Source: Promethearchaeota archaeon
Lineage (GTDB): Archaea; Asgardarchaeota; Lokiarchaeia; Sigyniarchaeales; SOKP01
NCBI GenBank assembly: GCA_016839555.1
Contig: JAEOUA010000011.1
Coordinates: 247,905-311,904, forward strand
Reading direction: 5' to 3'
DNA length: 64,000 bases
In this document: positions 52,795 to 60,936 of the stretch, in pieces
How the letters are laid out: every line of letters starts with the position of its first letter
How positions within the stretch are numbered: position 1 is the stretch's first letter
The notes under the pieces: model-generated
The model's database searches: none
What the model was told of the DNA's origin: nothing
The model's input: only the letters and a program-made list of their open reading frames with translations
Program-made: the position numbers and the translations under genes

Positions 52795-54246
52795 GTGAAC
52801 AATACCTTGAAAGTCGCTTTAATTAATCCCGTTCCAATGGATTTGAACTTAGATGATCCGCGACCCAAATTTTCAAGTTTTGCTGAGCCATTAGGATTGC
52901 TATATATCGCGGGAATCTTAGAGGAAAATGGGTATGAAGTTTCGATTTTAGATCATGGGACAACAAATTATACTTTTTCTCAAGTATTAAATTGGATAAA
53001 AGCGGAAGATCCAGAAGTGCTTGGTATATCAGTATTAACTCGATCATTTTTATCTGGAATTAAAATAGCCAAATTAGCTAAGGAGTGGAATCCAAATCTT
53101 CCTATTGTTTTGGGAAATTATCATACGATATGCGCTGAAAGAATCATGAAGAAATATTCGTTTATAGATTTCTGTGTATACGGAGAGGGAGAATACACTA
53201 TGTTAGAATTAGTTTCCTTAATAAAAAAAGGAACTACAAAATATGAAAATATTAAAGGGATATATTATAGAGAAAATAACATTATTAAATCCACACCTCC
53301 ACGTGAATTAGAAGAAAATTTAGATATCTTTGCCATTCCTAATCGAAATTTACTTGAGAGGGGAGAGTATAAAATGGCTATAGGAGGATTAAATATTTCA
53401 AATGAAAAATCGGGAACAATAATAATGAGTAGGGGATGCCCCTTTCAATGCAGATTTTGCACAGTCCACCAGAGAAAATGGCGATTTAGATCAGTAAAGA
53501 ATATAATTAAGGAGTTGCTACAATTGGAATCGGAGGGATATAGAGAAATTATGGTAATGGATGACAATTTTACCTTAAATCCCAAATGGGTCATAGATAT
53601 TTGTAAAGCAATTCATAAAGAAAGAGTTGATTTAGTTTTTCACTGTGAAGGGAGAATTGAAGGAACAGAGGAAATGTACGAATATATGAATAAAGCTAAT
53701 TTTAAATCTATTTTTTTCGGAATGGAAAGTGGCAGTCAACCAATTTTAGATTATTATAATAAAAAAATTACTCCGCAAAAAGGTAAACTAGCCATAAAAA
53801 AAGCACGAAAGGGAGGACTTGATATATTAATGGCTTCTTTTATTATCGGCTCCCCTCCAGAGACATTAGAAGATATTCAAAAAACCATAAATTTCGCTTT
53901 TAAAATAGACATTGATTATGCTATGTTTCATATTTTTGAAGTTTTTCCTGGGATTGAAATCTGGGACGAATTAGCTTCACAAAATAAATTAGATCCTGAT
54001 AAATATTGGGAAACGGGAGTAAGAGTTCCTGAATTATCTTTTTATAAATATTCTTTAAAATTTTTAACAACTGTTATTAGAAAAACATATAGAAAATTTT
54101 ATTCCTTAGAACGACCACAATTTGTCTTAAAGCAGGCAATACGCTCATTAAAGAGTAATTATCGAAGAGATAAATTACGATATTTAGCTAAAGATTTTCG
54201 AGCATCCCTAAGAATGTTAGATTCATTAAGCGAAAAGAGATTTTAA
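52795..54246 (+). CDS. B12-binding radical SAM enzyme (copy 3)
   Basis: EPLGLLYIA, SRGCPFQCRFC, DDNF, GMES. Confidence 0.92.
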   Translation: MNNTLKVALINPVPMDLNLDDPRPKFSSFAEPLGLLYIAGILEENGYEVSILDHGTTNYTFSQVLNWIKAEDPEVLGISVLTRSFLSGIKIAKLAKEWNPNLPIVLGNYHTICAERIMKKYSFIDFCVYGEGEYTMLELVSLIKKGTTKYENIKGIYYRENNIIKSTPPRELEENLDIFAIPNRNLLERGEYKMAIGGLNISNEKSGTIIMSRGCPFQCRFCTVHQRKWRFRSVKNIIKELLQLESEGYREIMVMDDNFTLNPKWVIDICKAIHKERVDLVFHCEGRIEGTEEMYEYMNKANFKSIFFGMESGSQPILDYYNKKITPQKGKLAIKKARKGGLDILMASFIIGSPPETLEDIQKTINFAFKIDIDYAMFHIFEVFPGIEIWDELASQNKLDPDKYWETGVRVPELSFYKYSLKFLTTVIRKTYRKFYSLERPQFVLKQAIRSLKSNYRRDKLRYLAKDFRASLRMLDSLSEKRF

Positions 54247-54341
54247 AAAAGGGAAATGGAATTTCATTTTTATAGAGATATTCTGAAAAAATAGAATTAT
54301 TATCTTCTATTTTGAAGAAACTGTTTACTTATAGGGAAAAA

Positions 54342-54854
54342 TTAAATTAAAAATCCAATAGCTGCCAAAATTATACTTAAAATAAGATATATTAAATTAA
54401 AGACTATCCCAATACTTGAAAATACGCTTCCAGCTTTTCGAAGACCCGTAACAACTTCTTGTTCTTCTGATTTTGTCTTATATACTCTTGATAACGACCC
54501 AAGAATTAAACCAGTTATGTTTATTATCGAACATAAGATAACTAAATATGGGAGAGGTATTATTAAATATGAAATGAAACCACTAATTTGAGATATAATA
54601 AAAGATATAAAACCTAATGCAAAACATATTTTTGCATATGTTTTTGAACCCCTTTTTTCATATATTTGCATTTGTTGATTTTTATATTGAAACTCTAAAT
54701 TATTTCGTGATAGTGGTTGGACCCTCGATTGAATAATAGATTTTTTCTCTATTGATTTTCGATTCGGAATTAATTCTATAAGATTAGCTCCACAGGCTTG
54801 ACAAAATTTTTGATTTGGACTTATTAATTTTTCTCCGCAATTTGGACAATACAT
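54342..54854 (-). CDS. membrane protein with N-terminal zinc ribbon
   Basis: MYCPNCG...FCQACG followed by three TM segments. Confidence 0.75.
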   Translation of the reverse strand: MYCPNCGEKLISPNQKFCQACGANLIELIPNRKSIEKKSIIQSRVQPLSRNNLEFQYKNQQMQIYEKRGSKTYAKICFALGFISFIISQISGFISYLIIPLPYLVILCSIINITGLILGSLSRVYKTKSEEQEVVTGLRKAGSVFSSIGIVFNLIYLILSIILAAIGFLI

Positions 54855-55035
54855 TGTATATTTTCACTAAAAAAAATTAATATCTATTAATCGGATAACT
54901 AAGATTAACAAATACTTTTTTTTATTTAAATATTTTATAAGCCAATTTTAAAAATCCAACTGAATTATTTAATTAGGAAAAAACAAAAATAAAAAATATA
55001 GTGAATTTTAGATAAGTTGTTAAATAGATTATTTT

Positions 55036-55842
55036 TTAGTCTTTTATGGTATTTTTTCTTCGATATACCTGATATATGATAGAAAAAAACAAAATAATCA
55101 TTCCAATAACGGAGACTATCACAATTTCTATTACCAGGGGGGAAGTAGTTAATCTTTCAATAAGTATTCCGAATAAGACCCAAATCCCTACACCTGCATA
55201 TATATAATCATTTCGGGTCAATAACACCGTAGTATATATACCAAGGGCTACTAAAAGAACTATAACAGCCCAATATGTATCTGAAAAGAGAAGAGGGGGA
55301 TTATTAAAATTTATACTCATAAGAAATGTTTTAATAGAAATAATTGTAGCGGCAGTTACCCAGGCCGTATGCATGCTCCATGGAATAACTATAGCGATTT
55401 TTTCAATCTTTGGTCGCTCAACCAGATTAATATTCAATCTTAAATATGCAATGAGAAGAGAAATTAAATATAGTATCATAAAAAGGGTAGACAACCAAAT
55501 AATTTGATATGACCAGAAAATATACCATAAAGAAGGCATAATAACAGAAAGGATGAAAAAAACACTCACTTGATGTACATATGGCATATCTATTTTATTT
55601 TCAGCACTCTTAAATATATCTCGTGCTTGATAAAAATAAAATATCGCAAGGAAAAAGAAAATAGGACCCCAAATAGCGAATGCAAAACCAATTGGATCTA
55701 TAAGACTTTCAGTAGCCTCCGAAGTAAAAGATTGACCAAAATCTGCTTGAAAAAAGGACAACAAGGATATTATGATAAAAACTAGAATCGGTATGAGAAT
55801 ATTAGCAATTTGTAAGATTAATTTCTTTTCATTTTTTTTCAT
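55036..55842 (-). CDS. Trp-rich multi-pass membrane protein (TspO-like)
   Basis: PIGFAFAIWGPIF, SMHTAWVTAATI; about eight TM segments. Confidence 0.7.
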   Translation of the reverse strand: MKKNEKKLILQIANILIPILVFIIISLLSFFQADFGQSFTSEATESLIDPIGFAFAIWGPIFFFLAIFYFYQARDIFKSAENKIDMPYVHQVSVFFILSVIMPSLWYIFWSYQIIWLSTLFMILYLISLLIAYLRLNINLVERPKIEKIAIVIPWSMHTAWVTAATIISIKTFLMSINFNNPPLLFSDTYWAVIVLLVALGIYTTVLLTRNDYIYAGVGIWVLFGILIERLTTSPLVIEIVIVSVIGMIILFFSIIYQVYRRKNTIKD

Positions 55843-55999
55843 AGTGAGGAAAAAAAGAATTTCTTGCTTTTAAGTTACTTTTCTTTAAATTATAAATTAA
55901 TCTGGATTATTCATCAAATCTAAAGAGAGCTTTAAAAAGTTATTAAATTTTAAAATATTATTTAGATAAATAGCTAAATTATGAAGAAAAATCATTAAT

Positions 56000-58900
56000 A
56001 TGAAAGTTTCAAGAAAAGCACGAAATATATTTGAGCTAGATGAATTTGAGTTTTCAGAGCTGGGTAATATCATTTTTGATGGGGAGATCTATAAAGTACG
56101 ACTATTTGTTCAAAAATTAAATCAAAAAAGAGATTTAATTAATTTTCCAGAAAAAGCAATTAAAATTGGCAAATTCAATGGGATGGCCCTTAATTTTGAA
56201 ATTAATGACTACTTAATGGATTTATATGATAAACAAAATGATGATTTTAATTTATATGAGGAAATATATAATTTTTTGGAAGATAAACTTGGAGAGGAGC
56301 AATTAAATGAAACTATTAAAAGTTTGGTAAAAGAATTTCCTCCAAAACAAATTGAAAATAACCAAGTCGAACTTGATAAATTTTTAGAAAAAAAGAGTAA
56401 TAATGTAGAGATTAAGAAACTTCTAACGAAAGAATTTATACATTTAAGGTTGGCGAATAATAATCCGTCTTTCTCTTCATATTTAGAATTATATAATGAT
56501 GATTTATTAAACAAAAAACAACAATATCAAGCTATTTGGGATCATATTACTACTTTTTTTGATAATAAACCAAAATTTAAAGAAACAAATAAAACCTTAA
56601 TAGAAATATTAAGAGAACCAGCTAAACAGCATCCACATTCAATTAAAGACCAATTAACTTATATATATGAGAATTGGGAACCATTTTTAGGTAAATATTC
56701 ATTGATGATTCTTACTGCTTTAGATTTAATCCGTGAAGAAGAGATGCTTAGGGGATTGGGACCAGGAGAAGCTAAAATATTGGATTATGCCGATTTGGAA
56801 TATGAGAATTATACTCCTGATAAAGAATGGATGCCAAAAGTTGTAATGATTGCAAAACATATATATGTATGGCTGGATCAGCTCTCCAAGAAATACAATC
56901 GTTCTATTACAAAATTAAATGAAATTCCAAATGAAGAATTAGATCAGTTGAGCTCATGGGGTTTTAATGCAATTTGGCTTATTGGAGTATGGGAGCGTTC
57001 ACAATCTTCCAAAACAATAAAGCAATGGTGTGGAAATCCCGAAGCCGAAGCAAGTGCCTATTCTATTTATGATTATAAGATAGCCTATGATTTAGGAGGG
57101 TATGAAGCTTATAAAAATTTAAAAGGGAGAGCATGGGCTCGCGGAATACGTTTAGCTAGCGATATGGTACCAAATCATACTGGAATAGTTTCTAAATGGA
57201 TAATGGAGCACCCAGATTGGTATATACAACTTGATTATAAACCATTCCCTTCATACAGCTATTCAGGACAAAGCTTATCTGGAGATCCCAACGTGGGTAT
57301 ATATTTAGAGGATAAATATTTTTCTCGAAGCGATGCTGCAGTTACCTTTAAATATACTAAAGATGGAAATACGAGATATATCTATCATGGTAATGATGGT
57401 ACAAGTACACCTTGGAATGATACTGCGCAATTAAATTATCTAATTCCAGAGGTAAGAGAAGCGGTTATTCAGAAAATTTTGGATGTATCCAGGATGTTTC
57501 CAATTATTCGGTTTGATGCTGCTATGACTTTAACAAGAAAACATTTTCAACGCTTATGGTTTCCCGAACCCGGTACTGGGGGAGCTATTCCCTCACGGGC
57601 AGAGCATGGAATGTCAAGAGAAGAATTTTTTAAAAAAATGCCAGAGGAATTTTGGAGAGAAGTAGTGGACAGAATAAAAAAGGAAAATCCGGATACCTTA
57701 TTAATAGCAGAAGCATTTTGGCTCCTTGAAGGATTTTTTGTACGCACTTTAGGGATGCATCGAGTTTATAACTCTGCATTCATGAATATGTTAAGTGATG
57801 AGGATAATGCTAAATATCGAGCAGTCTTAAAAAATACTCTGAAGTTTGATCCCAAAATCTTAAAGCGATTTGTAAATTTTATGAATAATCCTGATGAAGA
57901 AACTGCCATTAAGCAATTTGGAGATGGACGTAAATATTTCGGTGTATGCACAATGCTCGTAACAATGCCAGGACTCCCGATGTTTGGACACGGTCAAATT
58001 CAAGGATTTCATGAAAAATATGGAATGGAATATAGAAAATCTTATTGGGATGAACCAATTAACTGGGGATTATTAAATCATCATGAATATACCATTTTCC
58101 GTATTATGAAAAAACGATATATCTTTGCAGAGGTGAAAAATTTTCTGTTATACGATTTTTGGACTGGAAATTTTGTAAATGAAGATGTATTTGCTTATTC
58201 TAATCGTGCCGGGAGCGAACGAGCTTTAGTGGTCTATAATAACAAATATAGCGAAACTACAGGTTATATTAAGAATTCAGTTGGTTTTGCGATAAAAAAT
58301 GGAAATGATAAAAAAATAATCCAAAAAACTCTAACGGAAGGATTGGATTTACCGAGCGAAAGTTATTGTATCTTTAAAGATTATATGATGGGACTTGAAT
58401 ATATTAGAAGGAATAAGGATATTAATGAAAAAGGGCTTTATGTAGAGTTAGATGCATATAAAACATATGTATTTATGGATTTCCGTATTGTACAAGATGA
58501 TGAATATTTCCATTATTCTCAGTTATATGATCTATTAAACGGTCGCGGTGTGCACAATATAGATAACACGCTTCAAAAAATAATATATCAACCTTTACAT
58601 TCGCCTTTAGAACAATTAATAAACAAAACTCAATTTGAAGAATTAATTAAAAATAAAGACCAAGAAGAACTTTTAAATATTATTTCTCCAAAATTACATA
58701 AATTCTTAGAAGAAGTGAAGAAATATTCTTCTTCTGGGAAAAATGATATTAAAACGATTAAAGAAAAAATTTTAAATAAATTAAAAATCGTGTTTAATCT
58801 CAAATCTACTATAAATCAATTAACTTTGAAACAAGATATTGAAAACTATTTACAAAATATTTTACCTAAAACTGATTTTGATTGGTCTATGCTTTTCTCT

Positions 58901-59410
58901 TGGGTCTTTCTCCATCTAATTGGAAAGATTGTTTTGACTAAGAATTATGGAATGATTAGCAGATCTTGGATTGACGAATGGAACTTCTCGAAATTCATAG
59001 AGTTAACATTGAAAGATTTTAAGACGGAAAATACGAAAAACCCCGAAGAAGCTATAAAATTAATCAAAATCCTAATTTCTCAGCAAGACTTACTGAAAGA
59101 TTCAATTATATTTCACAAACCCATAAATACCAAGATGAAGGAACTTTTTAGCGATTCCGAGGCACAGAATTATTTTCAATTAAATCGATTCCAAGACATT
59201 TTATGGTTTTCAGCAGAAAACTTCTTCAAATTCATCGATTGGGTATTTTTAATCTCTTTAATAAATATATTAAATTGTAACGTCTTGGAGATTAACCTAA
59301 AAATTGAAATGGAAAATTTAGCTAAAAACATTCAGAAACTGAAGAGATTAGCAAAACAAAGCAACTTTAAACTAAACACATTTTTAGAATTAATCGATAA
59401 GGAATTATAA
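56000..59410 (+). CDS. GH13 alpha-amylase family protein
   Basis: DMVPNH, IRFDAAM, IAEAFW, NNPDE. Confidence 0.9.
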   Translation: MKVSRKARNIFELDEFEFSELGNIIFDGEIYKVRLFVQKLNQKRDLINFPEKAIKIGKFNGMALNFEINDYLMDLYDKQNDDFNLYEEIYNFLEDKLGEEQLNETIKSLVKEFPPKQIENNQVELDKFLEKKSNNVEIKKLLTKEFIHLRLANNNPSFSSYLELYNDDLLNKKQQYQAIWDHITTFFDNKPKFKETNKTLIEILREPAKQHPHSIKDQLTYIYENWEPFLGKYSLMILTALDLIREEEMLRGLGPGEAKILDYADLEYENYTPDKEWMPKVVMIAKHIYVWLDQLSKKYNRSITKLNEIPNEELDQLSSWGFNAIWLIGVWERSQSSKTIKQWCGNPEAEASAYSIYDYKIAYDLGGYEAYKNLKGRAWARGIRLASDMVPNHTGIVSKWIMEHPDWYIQLDYKPFPSYSYSGQSLSGDPNVGIYLEDKYFSRSDAAVTFKYTKDGNTRYIYHGNDGTSTPWNDTAQLNYLIPEVREAVIQKILDVSRMFPIIRFDAAMTLTRKHFQRLWFPEPGTGGAIPSRAEHGMSREEFFKKMPEEFWREVVDRIKKENPDTLLIAEAFWLLEGFFVRTLGMHRVYNSAFMNMLSDEDNAKYRAVLKNTLKFDPKILKRFVNFMNNPDEETAIKQFGDGRKYFGVCTMLVTMPGLPMFGHGQIQGFHEKYGMEYRKSYWDEPINWGLLNHHEYTIFRIMKKRYIFAEVKNFLLYDFWTGNFVNEDVFAYSNRAGSERALVVYNNKYSETTGYIKNSVGFAIKNGNDKKIIQKTLTEGLDLPSESYCIFKDYMMGLEYIRRNKDINEKGLYVELDAYKTYVFMDFRIVQDDEYFHYSQLYDLLNGRGVHNIDNTLQKIIYQPLHSPLEQLINKTQFEELIKNKDQEELLNIISPKLHKFLEEVKKYSSSGKNDIKTIKEKILNKLKIVFNLKSTINQLTLKQDIENYLQNILPKTDFDWSMLFSWVFLHLIGKIVLTKNYGMISRSWIDEWNFSKFIELTLKDFKTENTKNPEEAIKLIKILISQQDLLKDSIIFHKPINTKMKELFSDSEAQNYFQLNRFQDILWFSAENFFKFIDWVFLISLINILNCNVLEINLKIEMENLAKNIQKLKRLAKQSNFKLNTFLELIDKEL

Positions 59411-59511
59411 TTAAACTTAGTTTAGAAGATCAAGAATAAAAGAAACCACGAATATCTCTCAAATTTAATATTTTTGAATTAAATTTATATTCTTATTTCT
59501 GTATATTATTA

Positions 59512-60918
59512 ATGATGGATTCCTTTAAAATCAATGAGTTAATGACTCTAAAACTGGAGAAAAACGGTCGCACGAGCATTTATGTTGCTGGGAAGCCGTT
59601 CAAACAATGCACTTATTTATTATTGACCATCCCCAGAAGTCAAGCAGAGGAGTTTGCAGATATCAAGTCAATTGATGATGCGGCGGAACGGTTAGATAAA
59701 TCTATGCATGATGCAATAGAAAGCAAGAAGTTTAATATACCTCCACGAGTGGAATTCTGGGGGCATTGCTCCAATCTCCAAGCATGGGCGGAAAATGGCT
59801 ACAACCTGAATCTAATTCATTCTAATTTAGGGTTCCCGCTAGTCAAAAAGCTTAGCGAGTTGGGAGATCCCCAAGCCACGGCAGTATTTAAGGAGGAGGT
59901 TGCCCGACGCTTTCAAGAGGGAGACTTCAAAACCAAGCAGTATCTTTTTCTTGAATTCTATTTCAGAAGTTTTACAAAAGAGGAGTTAGAGGTTGTGCTT
60001 AAAGATCTAGACTTTAAAAAGATTTCTGCTGAGTTAACACCCAGAAAAAAATTTTCCTTATTGGAAGAATTAATTGGCTTAGGAAATGCAGAAGCTCGAA
60101 GGATTTTAAAGGAAAAGGTGCTAAAGCGTTTTAAAAAGGAGGGAGAGATAGAGATAGATCGACATTTTATTGTACGGCGGGGATATTTGGATATTTTGAG
60201 TCAAGGGGAAATTGACACACTCTTTTCCCAAGTCCCCAAAGAAGATTACAGATTAGCTTCCGTGAGCCCAAGTGTTTCGAAAACATTTCCGTACTATCTT
60301 CTAAAACTAAACTATTTGGGGAGTTTAGATTATAGTTATTGCGATATAGAGGAGCTTTCGGAATCGATCGGGAAGCTTACTTCGCTGCATACCCTAGAAT
60401 TAAATGGTAATAACCTCAAACGCCTCCCAGAATCAATCGCCAATTTAAATCGTTTAGAGGAGTTGAATCTGGGCTATAATAAATTTGAGGAATTCCCGCA
60501 GCAAATCATCACTCTGGAAAGGTTAAAAAAATTGTATATGGACCATAACAAACTCAATGAGTTGCCCGAATCTATTGGAAAGATGAAAAGGCTTCGGTTA
60601 TTGTTTATAACTGATAATAATCTCAAAGAATTACCGGAGTCTATAGGAGAGCTAAAATTTTTAAGAGAGTTATGGCTAGAAAGAAATAGCCTTACCAGTT
60701 TGCCAGAATCTATTGGAAATTTAAAAAATCTAAAAAGGTTGTATTTAAACGATAATTATCTCACAGAATTGCCAGAAACAATCGGGAATTTAGAAAATTT
60801 AGAGTCGTTAGGATTAAGTTCGAATAATTTGAAAAGAGTACCAGATACGATTAATAACTTAAAAAAACTCGATTTCACGTTCTACCCACATTCTCAGAGA
60901 AAAAGAATGAATAAATAA
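59512..60918 (+). CDS. leucine-rich repeat protein with Lokiarchaeia-type N-terminal domain
   Basis: About eight LPESIGxLxxLxxLxLxxNxL repeats; N-domain FKINE..LKLE...EFWGHCSNLQAWAEN. Confidence 0.9.
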   Translation: MMDSFKINELMTLKLEKNGRTSIYVAGKPFKQCTYLLLTIPRSQAEEFADIKSIDDAAERLDKSMHDAIESKKFNIPPRVEFWGHCSNLQAWAENGYNLNLIHSNLGFPLVKKLSELGDPQATAVFKEEVARRFQEGDFKTKQYLFLEFYFRSFTKEELEVVLKDLDFKKISAELTPRKKFSLLEELIGLGNAEARRILKEKVLKRFKKEGEIEIDRHFIVRRGYLDILSQGEIDTLFSQVPKEDYRLASVSPSVSKTFPYYLLKLNYLGSLDYSYCDIEELSESIGKLTSLHTLELNGNNLKRLPESIANLNRLEELNLGYNKFEEFPQQIITLERLKKLYMDHNKLNELPESIGKMKRLRLLFITDNNLKELPESIGELKFLRELWLERNSLTSLPESIGNLKNLKRLYLNDNYLTELPETIGNLENLESLGLSSNNLKRVPDTINNLKKLDFTFYPHSQRKRMNK

Positions 60919-60936
60919 AAAGTCTTCGATTAGGTT

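Noticed and set aside
59300-59512. Left boundary of a second island at the amylase 3' end
   Set aside because: The composition shift is only suggestive, and no partner repeat is visible within the window.
60300-60870. Repeated DNA units (CCxGAATCxATxGG) as possible CRISPR or DGR repeats
   Set aside because: They are 69-bp-period coding LRR repeats; there are no spacers, reverse transcriptase or adenine-specific TR/VR pair.
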